Of a DNA stretch of 64,000 bases, positions 28,171 to 41,000 are shown one piece after another. The stretch covers positions 11,987,676-12,051,675 of the forward strand of contig NC_069007.1 in assembly GCF_001194135.2 (NCBI RefSeq). Reading direction: 5' to 3'. How positions within the stretch are numbered: position 1 is the first letter of the stretch; each line of letters begins with the position of its first letter. This stretch comes from Octopus bimaculoides. Its lineage: Eukaryota. The position numbers and the translations under genes are program-made. The notes under the pieces are model-generated. The model did not search any database. It was not told the DNA's origin and worked only from the letters and a program-made list of their open reading frames with translations.

Positions 28171-29050
28171 TGTTAGCACTTTGGCACCCTTGATCACACT
28201 GAACAATGATTAAATTTTTCCTATATGGTATTGCATTGCACCTGGCTGCTTATATTAATTCATATATATATATATATATATATATACATACATATATATG
28301 TATATATTCGTCATCATTATCGTTTAATGTCTGCCTTCCAATGCTGGCATGGGTGGGACAGTTTGACAAGAGCCGGCCAGGCAGAGGCCTGCACCAGACT
28401 TCTGTAACTGTTTTGGTAGGATTTTTACAGCTGGATGCCCCTCCTAACACCAACCACTTAGCAGAGTGGACTAAATATATCTAAATATATATGTGTTTGT
28501 ATATAAATATACACATATATATGTGTATTCAAATATACACACACATATACACAAATGGCTGTACATGTGTGTGTGTGTGTGTGTTTGTATATACATATAC
28601 ATACATACATGCATGCATGCATATAGACACATGTATGTATGTATGTGAGGATAACATGCTAGTTGTACCCATGTAATCCACCCTTAACTGCTTGTGCTTC
28701 TTGAGTTTGTGAACTTGGCAACTAAACCCTGCCCCTAATGGGCCTACCCAGTGAAATTTGTGTATGTGTGGTGGAGTGCCTAAGAGAATTAACAAACAAA
28801 ATCTGTGAGAGATAGCTGAAGTCTTTGAGTGCCAAAGATGCTCCTCTCCTGGACAAGGAGTGGTCATTACCAGGATTGATAAAACCACGGAAACATTCAA
28901 ATGAAATTTCCACCAATGTTGTTTAGAAAACTGGTGGGTAAATGTTTGGAAAGGACTCAAAACTGAGAGGGGTGGAAAAGATTGTTAAAAAAATACTTAG
29001 GTACCCCAGTAACTGAAATAATGTAAGGAAATGTAATGGCATTATATATA

Positions 29051-29270
29051 TAACGGGGTGCTAAAAAGTCCCTGGCTTTAAGGGTATCGCAAAAGGCTTG
29101 GTTGGAGGCCCAACCTTCTGAGTTCTTTCACAGGGTTTAAAGCAACTGAAGGACCAATGCAATAAGTGTATGAATCTGAGAGGGGAATAACTTGAATAAA
29201 ATCATAATTAACTGATCCTCCTGTATTTTCTTTTACCCAAAGGTAGGAACTTTTCAACCACCCCCTCATA
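29051..29270 (+). mobile_element. mariner-derived MITE retaining the transposase C-terminus
   Basis: Imperfect TIRs (..GGGGTGCTAAAAAGTCCCT / AGGAACTTTTCAACCACCCCC) sit in (TA)n. Internal translation WLEAQPSEFF/GLKQLKDQCNKCMNLRGE*LE* resembles a mariner C-terminus. Confidence 0.8.
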
Positions 29271-29694
29271 TATATATATATTCTTTCACTTGTTTCAGTC
29301 ATTTGACTGTGGTCATGCCGGAGAACTGCCTTAAAGAAATCACCTCCAGAACATATTCATTGTAAGCCTAGTACTTATTCTATCGGTCTCTTTTGCCGAA
29401 CTGCTAATTTATGGGGATGTAAACACACCAGCATCAGTTGTCAAGCGATGGCAAGGTACAAACATATACATACGCACACACACACACACACACACATATA
29501 TATACATGACAGGCTTCTTCCAGTTTCCGTCTACCAAATCCACTCACACAGCATTGGTTGGCCCGAGGCTATAGTAGAAGATACTTGCCCAAGATACCAT
29601 GCAGTGGAACTGAACATGGAACCATATGGTTGGAAGCAAGCTTTTTACCACACAACCATGCCTGCACCTTTATATATATATGTGTGTGTGAATT

Positions 29695-29725
<31 letters not shown>

Positions 29726-30034
29726 ATGCGAGTAAAAATAAATACAAAAAAAGGTGGATTTTTTTGTATGATTGTGTATAGAGGAATATATTATTTTGCT
29801 TAAAAGAGTTCCAACACTGTCTGTTTTTTATGTTTTATTTATATTCCTGCAGAACTAATGTGGGGTATAGAATATGGAATATAAAATATATAATATAATA
29901 TACAATATATAATATAAAATAAAATAAAAATGGATGGCACCATGAAATAAAGTATTGAATGTAGATGAAATATTGAGTGTTCAATATAAAGGATCAAATA
30001 TATAAATATATAAATATAAATATATATATATAAA

Positions 30035-30074
30035 GGCGACTCGAGTTTCAGGGCTATTTCCCTTCGTCATGGCC
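30035..30074 (-). ncRNA. Minimal type-I hammerhead-ribozyme-like motif with an imperfect core
   Basis: Minus strand reads GGC-C(A)TGACGA-AGGG aaatag CCCT-GAAA-C tcga G-TC-GCC. It has stem II, a short stem III with a palindromic loop, a GUC triplet and a 3-bp stem I, with one extra A in the CUGANGA box. Confidence 0.6.
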
Positions 30075-30134
30075 GGTATGACAATCTTTAACAGACTGTA
30101 TACATATATATATATATATCTACAGTTTTATGTA

Positions 30135-30685
30135 CTTCAGGACACTGAACCTTATAGAAGAGATGACAAAAGACCAAAATATCTGGTGCTATGCTGTACT
30201 CAAGGAGACTCATCCTCCACTTATCCCGATGAAGACAATTGGCCTGCAACAGCCCTGTGCCAGTGCTGTGTAAAAGGCATTCATGCTGGCACCATGTAAA
30301 AGCACCCACCACACTCTGTAAAGCGGTTGGCATTAGGAAGGGCATCCAGCCATAGAAACCAAGCTGAAAGAGATTGAAACCTGGCGTAGTTCTGCAGCTT
30401 AGTAGCTTGGGTCAAACCGTCCAACCCATGCCAGCATTGAAAACACATTGAAAGGATAACGATGATCATGATCATATACATATAAATAAATACATGCCGG
30501 TGGCACGTAAGAGCACCCACTACACTCTCTGAGTGGTTGGCATTAGGAAGGGCATCCAGCTGTAGAAACTCTGCCAAATCAGACTGGAGCCTGGTGTAGC
30601 CATCTGGTTCACCAGTCCTCAGTCAAATCGTCCAGCCCATGCTAGCATGGAAAGTGGATGTTAAACGATGATGACGATGATGATG
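30135..30685 (+). mobile_element. RTE C-terminus plus two family C tails
   Basis: RTLNLIEEMTKDQNIWCYAVLKET, then tails at about 30290-30470 and 30495-30685. Confidence 0.82.
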
Positions 30686-31827
30686 ATATACAGAGGGAGA
30701 GAGACAGATAGACAGACAGACAGAGAGATATACACATATATAAATATATATGTGTATATATATTTGTGTGTGTGTATTGATATAGTTACACATATATTGG
30801 TGCATACATACATATATATGTGTGTGTGTGTATACATGTATAAATGTTTGAATGCAAGTCAGTATATATTAATGAATGTATAAGGAGAGTGAGGAAGAGA
30901 TAAATGCAAACATATTCGCATACACATTCACATAGACACACATACACATTCGCATACATACACACACACGCGCGCACACCCACACATATGCACATAGACA
31001 TACTTAGTTTATGTTAGATAAATTGATTGATAGCGAGATAAAATGAATAGATTGCTGTAGTGCCAGATATATCGATAGATTGATAGATACAGTGGTATGT
31101 CTTTAAATATTTTCCTTTGTGAAACCAGTTTAGACATTTTCCATTCAGAATTTGTGCTTTTATCAGGATTATTCTGTATTAAAATATTGTCTTCGTACTT
31201 GTTTGAATATTCATAGCTAAAATTTCAATACTTTCGCATTATCCCAAACTTATTTTAAGCTTTCTAATGCCATCTTATGTCTTCATGTCTTCATTACTGA
31301 GACATTTCTATCAACAGTCCAAGAGAGAGTTATTAGCTTATTGTATTATGTTACAGAAACAGTTATTCTTTTCTTCACATATGGAAGTCAGCAAATGTAG
31401 GACCAAGGGAGTAACACATAACTAGTACATCTTTATGCAGTACATCAATAATAGAACTTTTTATGTATATTTATGTGCGTATAAAAATGTATGTGTTGTA
31501 CATTCATGTGTGTATATTCTCTGTGTGTGTGTGTGTTTGTGTATGCATTATCGTTTGTGTCTATGCAAAAATTGAATCTTCTGTTGAGATATGCAAGTCT
31601 GTTCAAGAATAATTAGAAACAATCTGCAATACTATCGAGATATGTTCAGAAATATTCTCTCTAATCTAGTCACGGTCGTATTCAGGATTTGCACTTTCTT
31701 TGTTGATGTGGCTTTTGTTTGTTTGTTTCATCTTTTTTTCTGTTTTTTACCTTCTTTTCTCTTTGTGAATTACTGACTAAAGTTTTCAAAACGTAACTGT
31801 TAATTAGCATATATGAAGCGTTCTTTT

Positions 31828-31866
<39 letters not shown>

Positions 31867-33762
31867 TATTTCTTCAAGACCACCATCACTGTTATTGATT
31901 TCATCATCACCATCACCATCAGATTCACGACTACCACCACCACCATCATCATATCTAACAGCACTTCTACCACAATCACCACCATCATCATATCACCATC
32001 ACTATCATCGTCGTTGTTGTTTATTGCCCCTACCACCAACACCACTACCATTCATGTTTACAAAAGTACCTATATGTGATCAAAGAATATTACTAGCAAA
32101 AGTATTAAATGGTCAGAGATCTGCTCAGTCATGACTGGCCTGGGGTTAAACAACTACAACGACAGTAACATTTATGATCCAACAAGGCAGCATCTCTGTA
32201 ATTGTGTGGGCCGTCATCAGTCTTGGAGATTGTGTAAATGGTTACTGGCACTGTGTCCCTCCTAACCAGACACTAACAGACATGCATGTAAGCAGTCTGG
32301 CTTATTTCATGTTGTCTCAGCTCCCCTTAACTGTAAGCAGGGAATAGGGATCTGATCACAGGGGAATGTTAATCGTGGTGAACTGGTGTCCTAACCAGGG
32401 AGAGAAATTTACCAGGCTTACCTTCCATTTGCCTTATACTAAGAAGGAGGAGCTAAACTCAGTCATTCATAAAACCATTTCTTGTTAAGGAATGTTTATG
32501 GGGTTTTCTGGGGTTTTTTTCTTTTCATTGATAGGTTACACCAGAAATATTTCTACTTGTCCTATCCATGCCAGCACGAAAAATGGGCACTAAATAAATG
32601 ATGATAATGATGGTGGTGGTGGTGGTGGTTCTTCTTCTTCTTCTTCTTCTTCTTCTTGGGAATTGTGGATTTGTTTTTTTACAATCATCATACTTTTCCA
32701 TTTATGATTACCACTCAGCTGGCAAAAGTGAGATGTACCTGTAATTCAAAAGGGGCCAGCTTTGTCTCACCCTTTGTGAAGCCGAACCTCCCTTAGAACT
32801 ATGTAAAGGATATACAAATCAGTGGGACCTTCATTGTCATAACCAGCGGAATGTCAGTTAAATTTAATCCCTTAATTGTTTCGGTCCATCAGACAGCAGC
32901 AATGCTATGATACCACCATCAAGCGCTTTAGTGGAACGAGTCAACCTCAGTACTTACTTTTTAAGNNNNNNNNNNNNNNNNNNNNNNNNNNNNNNNNNNN
33001 NNNNNNNNNNNNNNNNNNNNNNNNNNNNNNNNNNNNNNNNNNNNNNNNNNNNNNNNNNNNNNNNNNNNNNNNNNNNNNNNNNNNNNNNNNNNNNNNNNNN
33101 NNNNNNNNNNNNNNNNNNNNNNAGGCATGGCTGTATGGTGAGAAGCTTACTTTCCAACTGTATGGTTCCAGGTTCAATCCTACTGCATGGCACCTTTGGC
33201 AAGTGTCTTCTACTATAGCCTCGGGCCGACCAAAACCTTGTCAGTGGATTTGGTAGACGGAAACTGAAAGAAGCCCATCATATACATATATATTCTTTTG
33301 TTTGTTTCAGTCATTTTGACTGCAGCCATGCTGGAGCACCACCTTTAGTCGAACAAATCGACCCCAGGACTTATTCTTTGTAAGCTTAGTACTTATTCTA
33401 TTGGTCTCTTTTGCCAAACCGCTAAGTTACGGGGACATAAACACATCAACATCAGTTATCAAGTAATGGTGGGCGACAAACATAGGCACACAAATATATA
33501 AAGCAATAGTTTGGCTGGCTCCTGTGCCAATGGCACGTAAAAAGCACCCAGTACACTCTTGGAATGGTTGGCGTTAGGAAGGGCATCCAGCTGTAGAAAC
33601 ATTGCCAGATCAGATTAGAGACTGGTGCAGCCGCTGGCTTGCCAGTCCTCCAGTCAAACCGTCCAACCCATGCCAGCATGGAAAACAGACATTAAACGAT
33701 GATGATGATGATGATGATAGTTGTAAAATCTCAAGAAGGAATCTGAGTAGTAACTATATTAA

Positions 33763-34129
33763 CAAGTAAAGTTAATCACCACATCAAAGTGGCTGTTCTA
33801 CGTTACTGCTAGTTTAACCCCCCAGGCAGATCTTCAGTGACTGATTGTCGCTTTATTTACAATGTATTGCTGGCTGGACAGACCCTGGCTATCGCTCTGG
33901 TGACCAGGTGCTCTCAACTGCAGATGAGCCAACCAGCTTGAAACTGAGTCAGCTTCATGATCTTGTTGTCTGCTAGAGGATGACAGGGGTTTGCTCCCTC
34001 TGCTAGCAATATATTTTGTACATAAAGGGTGCAGCATTGCACCCATAACCAGCTGGCAGAAGACCTGCCTGGGGTTAAATTAGTAGTAACGTAAAACAGG
34101 CACTTTGTTGTGGGGATTGACTTTAATTG
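33763..34129. mobile_element. Foldback/MITE-like element with ~72-bp inverted arms
   Basis: Arms at 33763-33835 and 34059-34129 align as inverted repeats with about 9 mismatches and one 2-nt gap. Confidence 0.7.
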
Positions 34130-34250
34130 ATTTTAATAGAGATTTTGCTGCTATTTCTTTGTGTTTGTATGACTGCCCTTCCAGGCCTAGATAGAGTGCC
34201 AAGGTGAAATAAACATTTCTAAATGTAATGTAGAACTGTAAATGAAATAA

Positions 34251-34287
<37 letters not shown>

Positions 34288-34429
34288 AATCACTTCGTTA
34301 TGTTTGCATGCAAATACAACTTTGTTATGGTTGTCCAATGATTAATGTGAATATCCACACCAAGATATCAGCATGAAACCACTATATCGATTGCTCTCTC
34401 TGGCTGACTATATATATATATATATATAG

Positions 34430-34517
<88 letters not shown>

Positions 34518-34950
34518 ACACACACATAAATGAATATATGTAGCTGCATCTAAAAGTGTAGATCTATATAGGTTTATTCACACTTATATATACATACCTA
34601 TATACATTTAGTTGTATCTCTGTGTGTAAATGTATATAAGTCTACATGCATTTATACATACATATTGATATACATTTAACTATAGGTAACCGTGTACTTG
34701 CATATAGATCTATATACATCTGTAACACATACCAATATACATTTACCTTTACGTGTATACGTTTGTATACACCTATGTACACCTGTACAATCATACCTAT
34801 ATATTTTACTTACATATACTTATATTCAGAGACTTGCTTACTTACACTTTATACATAGACTTATATACACCTATAAACATCTATACACATTTACTATAAC
34901 TTACACTTATACAGATGTACCTATACACCCTGAATTATCTTAAATATACA

Positions 34951-34995
<45 letters not shown>

Positions 34996-37792
34996 TCACA
35001 CACACACATATATACCTTTATATAAGCTTCTCTCTCTCTCCCTCTAACTCTCTCTTTATACACACACATACATACTTATAGCCATGTGAGTGGATTTGGT
35101 AGACGGTAACTGAAAGAAGCCTGTCATGTATGTGTGTGTGTACATGTGTGTGTCTTTGGTAAAAGAAACTGATTGGATGGGTACCAGGCTTAAATATTAA
35201 TATTAGGGTTGATTTGCTCAATTACTAAAACTCTTCACAGCAGTGCTCCAGCATGGCTGCAGTCTGATGGCTGAAACAAGTAAAAGAATAAAAGAATATA
35301 TAATATATATTTTATATCCTGCCATTGGATATATAATTCAACGAAACAGGGGGTAGGAAAGTATTCATACAACGCACTACGATCACTGCTAGACGTGGTT
35401 AAACACACTCTGCCAACAGCTCACAGTGAACTGCTTACCCAACAATTGCTCACAGTTCTTTGTTTTAGAGCAATGTGGCAGTCCACTTTTTAGTCACTTA
35501 GGGGTGGTCAGACTCCTTCCACAACAATCATCAATACACACACACTTGCATACAAACCAGACATTCACACAAGCATACACACAGACATACATACATGTAC
35601 ATTGACTCACATATACCTATAGATGCTGTCATTCAGGCAGATGGACAATCTATCATCTAGGCTTCCAGATAGTTTCCATGTGTCCCATTTCAATCACACA
35701 GCTTGGGTCAACATGTGGTTAAAGAGTAAAACTTATTTTGCCCATGGAATCTTGTAACAGTGAGCTGGAATCTTGTAATAGTGAAACGAAATTCGTAACC
35801 ATTTTTGGCCATGTTTGCATCCATCAATCTATTGATCAATAATTCATCAATCAAGCCATTGATCACCAATCAACCTATCCTTCCAGTGTGCCGTATTCTT
35901 TAATCCATCAGAGACATCTTCAAGTTACATCCAGCAGATGTAACTAATTTTCAGCTGGACAAACTGGAATGGAGTGCCTTGCCCAAGACCACAATGTAAC
36001 CACTAGTCAGTGCAGGGATTGAACTGATTGTTTTGTTGTTATGTGTCCAAGAGCTTGACCATGAGGCCACATGCTTTCACACATCAATCAATTTTGACAG
36101 ACAGATAGACTGACAAACAGACTTGCAGGCATGCAAATAGACTGGCAGACAGACAGACAGATATACGGAGCTGTCAATCAATGAAGCCACTACCATTCTT
36201 CTCCTCCTCTCACCACTCTCCAGATCAATGAAGGATGTTTTGTATTGGTAGCTCATTCCTCAGGTGGTGGGGAGGTGGGGGATTTCCCTCTCCTGTCCTG
36301 CCTTATACCCCTCCCCCTCATTGCATGGGGGAGTGGGCAGAGTCACTTTTTGCCCATTCCCCTTACTCTTCCTTACACCCTCTTTCCTCCTACCACATGA
36401 CTTTTCAATATTGACCTTCAAAGGTCAAATTACTAATGGACCAGCGTGTGTGTATGCATGTGATTCAGTGTATGCTTGTATATATGTGTATGTGTGTGGT
36501 GTATAAATGTTTTTATGTATATGTAAGTTTGTGGAGAGTATGCATGTCTTGTATGTGAGGTGTGAAGGTGCATGTGCATGTAAATGTATGAAACTGAGTG
36601 TGTGCATGTGTGTGTGTTTGTAGGTGCATGCTCACACAATTGTGCATATCTGTGTGTGTGTGTGTGTGCGTGTGTGAATCCATGTGTAACATGCAGATTG
36701 CATATCTGTCGCTCCCTCTTTTTGTCTTTCTCTCTCTCTCTCTCTATCTGTCTATCTATCTATCTATATAACTGTCTGTCTATTTACCCATCTCTCTAGC
36801 TATATATCCATCCAGCCATTGGTGGTGATAGTAGGAGGAAACAGTTTGGTGTGGTTGCTCTTGAACATCGACGTTATGTTGTTGTTGTTGTTGTTCTTNN
36901 NNNNNNNNNNNNNNNNNNNNNNNNNNNNNNNNNNNNNNNNNNNNNNNNNNNNNNNNNNNNNNNNNNNNNNNNNNNNNNNNNNNNNNNNNNNNNNNNNNNN
37001 NNNNNNNNNNNNNNNNNNNNNNNNNNNNNNNNNNNNNNNNNNNNNNNNNNNNNNNNNNNNNNNNNNNNNNNNNNNNNNNNNNNNNNNNNNNNNNNNNNNN
37101 NNNNNNNNNNNNNNNNNNNNNNNNNNNNNNNNNNNNNNNNNNNNNNNNNNNNNNNNNNNNNNNNNNNNNNNNNNNNNNNNNNNNNNNNNNNNNNNNNNNN
37201 NNNNNNNNNNNNNNNNNNNNNNNNNNNNNNNNNNNNNNNNNNNNNNNNNNNNNNNNNNNNNNNNNNNNNNNNNNNNNNNNNNNNNNNNNNNNNNNNNNNN
37301 NNNNNNNNNNNNNNNNNNNNNNNNNNNNNNNNNNNNNNNNNNNNNNNNNNNNNNNNNNNNNNNNNNNNNNNNNNNNNNNNNNNNNNNNNNNNNNNNNNNN
37401 NNNNNNNNNNNNNNNNNNNNNNNNNNNNNNNNNNNNNNNNNNNNNNNNNNNNNNNNNNNNNNNNNNNNNNNNNNNNNNNNNNNNNNNNNNNNNNTGTGTG
37501 TGTGTGTGTGTGTGTGTGTGTGCACATGTGTGTTATCATCATCATCATCAACATCATAATTTAATATCTACGTTTTCCTTGCTAGTTCAAGCTCAATTGA
37601 AGCAAGATGCTATGAGCATATGAATATACAGGGGCATGTGTGTCTGTGTGTGTGTTTATGTCTGTGTTGGGTTTATATACACGCACACATATTTACCAGT
37701 GTGTGTTTACACACACAGATTTACTTACAAACATGCATATGTGTTTCTGTGTATCTCTTCCTGCTTTCTCTCTAGCTCTCTCATATTTGTAT

Positions 37793-37887
<95 letters not shown>

Positions 37888-39159
37888 CTTTGCTTGTGTA
37901 TATATCTGTTTGTGTGTGTGTGTATCTGCACATGTGCATGTCTGTGTATATATGTGTGTATACATATACTTACACTCACACACACAAACACACTTACACA
38001 CACATGCACACACATCGTATTGTAGTTATAGATGGCTGCCTATCCATAACTTTAATTTTCATGCCAGCACTTGATGTCTTCAAAGGAATTGTGAGTAAAG
38101 AATTTTATTCAATGTCATTTATTTGACAGCATTGTCAATGTTTTTAGATGTAACGTTAAACCTAGAGACAAGTAGATACCAATCCTTCGCTAAACCAAAT
38201 TAAAAGCTCTTTATACCAATTCTAACCATCTAACCACCCTCCTCAACAATATTTAAAAATGTGGTTTACAATATGTGTAGAAATGTTTCTGGTTTGTTGT
38301 AAGATAAAGCAGCCTTTTCTAAGTCCACCCCTTATTTTAGAAATACATTGACGAAATTGAATTCATAAATAGATTTAAATTTACAACCATACTTTCGAAA
38401 ATTTCTATTAGGAGAAAAAAGTGTCAAAATATTATCTAGTTTAAATTCAGTTTTTTGGTGAAAGTTGAATTTTATGCAGCTAAGCATTTAAAAAAATTCT
38501 TATCAATAAATATTTCCCTATAGATCACAAATATCAATAGTTATTTAACTGAAAAAAACAACATTAAGAATAGTTTCTGTTGTACTTTTAACATTAAAAA
38601 TATTTTTATCAAAAAGTAAAATAAGATCATTTTTGGGTAAGTAACACTGACTGCGATCATGGAAATAAAGGATTACGTCATTTTAATGGCAGTTGCTATA
38701 CCAATTCATTGATCCATTGAATAAACGGGATCTGTTTCCAACAACAAGAATCTAAATCTACTCTACACTGGCATGGTTGAGGGAGATTTTAAGACATGCT
38801 ACCTTAATCCTAATTCATCCCTCACTGCTCTTTCAAGTTATGTATGGATGTTGGAAGACAAAAAATTTCAACGACTTGAAATTAAATTGAAAAATCATGT
38901 TTGTTCATTCATTTAATTCATTTAATGTCCTTTCTTTTCTTTTGAAACACACTGTTTATTTGCTTTAATTAACTTGTAAAATAATCAAGAATTTGGAGTT
39001 AACATTGTTGTTATGAGTTTGGTATTTGGAACATAACAATGATTCTTAGCATTACATGATGTTGAAAGGTTTAAATTTGAATATAAACCCTTTAAAATGA
39101 ATGATTTTGTATCCTAGAACTATATTACGATCTTAGCATGGAGTTGTATCAAATAGGAT

Positions 39160-41000
39160 TAAAGATAAACCAAACTGATCTGACACAGTAAATGAAATTA
39201 TAAGCTGTTGGATTGTGTGCCTGAGATAAAGTTCAGTTGTTAACATGGAGCTGTTCCTTCTTCCTCTGTAATATTAATTCTATTTGAACTGATAACATCA
39301 ATAGGTGCCTTAAGTTGTTCAATGATATGACATTGTCAGCTATCACATTAACTTTTTCGTTATCATATTTCTGACGAAATACACTGCTTTTGTTTAAATT
39401 AATTTTGAAAATAATGAAGAATTAAGTAAAATAACTTTGTCATTCTTAAGCTGCTGTTCAGAACATAAATTAACGTAAAATTTTTATTTAGATCACATTA
39501 ATACAGGAAGTTTGTATCAAAGAACCAAAGACAGTCTAAGGCCAGCTGGTATCAAAAGAGTTAAGACATCATGTTATGTTGATAAGATCTGACTGTTCTG
39601 TAGCTATTCTAGATGTAATAGGAGTTAAAAAGTTATATAAGACAAAACTCTTATATGAATTTCATCAAAGGTAGATGAACATCACCTGACAAAGTTAATA
39701 AACTGCATAATTACAGTATTGACTAAATTTAAGACATGAAGTTCAACTGATAAAATACGACTTTTCTTTATCTTGTTAACTGTAATACCGGTCTCATTAA
39801 AGATAGATAATCTTGAGCTGAGGAATTCCACTCAGTTTCTATAACTGTATAATGGTAATAGCACGTCTGTTAAAGACACGATGTTCAGTTATGATAAGGT
39901 CAGACTGTTCTATAGCTATTCAAATGTAATATTCATATGAAAAGATGAAACATTTCCATCTGTGAAAGGTCATTGATTTGTCATTATGTACTCACCTGTT
40001 GTAGTGGTTCTTTTAAAGCTGGACTGAGTTGACAATATCAATGACTTTTGTTGTTCATGACAACAATATCATGTATATCAAAGATAGATCAATTTAAAAT
40101 GAAAGGTCACTCGACAGTTTTGTTGATCAAAAGTGACATTAGTTCTACAAAAGATGAATCCATTGAAGCTGACAAAGTCTTTTTATTCTTTAAATATCCA
40201 TTTGTGATATTTGTTCAAACAAAGGAGACCCTCAGTATAATTAACAAGGTTAGTGGGTCTCATTTTTATGGATCTCAGCTGAAAGAAGACCCTTCTTGCC
40301 TTTTTGACTCTCTATTGTAGTATAAGACCCATTTAATGTAAATAAGGTTAACAGAGTTACCAACTTTCCTCATTGACTTCTGCAACATATCTCTTTTATT
40401 ACTAAAGGTTTAAATTATATTAACAACACCAGATTGTTAACTGTTTCATTTGCTGTGCCAGTTCTAATGAAGATTCATCAAATTCGGGTGAAAACGTCCC
40501 TGTATTTTCTTGGCCATTTGTTAAAGATATATCAAGTTGGGTTGATCAACTCAAATTATTTCTACAAAACCTCTTTTATGAAAGCTCAATCAAGAACAGC
40601 TATGAGATCTCTCTACTTTTATGTTACTCAGCTACAATAATATCAGTCCTCATAAATAAGAATCAAGTTGAGCTGAACAAAATTTATTTCAATCAAAGTG
40701 AGCAATTCAATATGAGTTGAAATAAAGGCAGATCAATTTTGATCAATTGATTCTTTGCTATTGCATTATAATGTTAGTTCTAATACTGATTAATCCAATT
40801 AAAGTTAAAACAATTACCAAACCAGATTAATTAGATAATCAATAAATTGATTAATGCTAACTCAACTCCAGTATTGACTTCTATTAACGAGGGATCAAGT
40901 TGAGCTGAGAAAGTTTAAACAATGAGTTCATTGGCTGCTCATTGACAACAGCAGATTGATTGAAAAGATAAATCAAATTGGTTTGACAAACCAATCACCT
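39160..41000. repeat. Cryptic diverged ~70-bp tandem array
   Basis: An AAAGATAGATCAAGTTGAGCTGACAAAG-like anchor recurs at about 39164, 39565, 39733, 39802, 39875, 39944, 40018, 40083, 40153, 40224, 40477, 40531, 40662, 40732, 40894 and 40972. Confidence 0.65.
39348..39564. mobile_element. TTAA-bounded (piggyBac-like) MITE
   Basis: TTAA-CTTTTTCGTTATCA ... TGGTATCAAAAGAG-TTAA. An older related copy at about 38910-39162 also ends at a TTAA. Confidence 0.7.

Noticed and set aside
28690-29040. Possible transposase-like fragment
   Set aside because: No diagnostic motif in the three plus-strand frames I translated by hand.
40048-40720. Plus-strand ORFs of 68-98 aa within the cryptic array
   Set aside because: No recognisable protein, and the frame breaks between units. 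Treated as part of the array finding.
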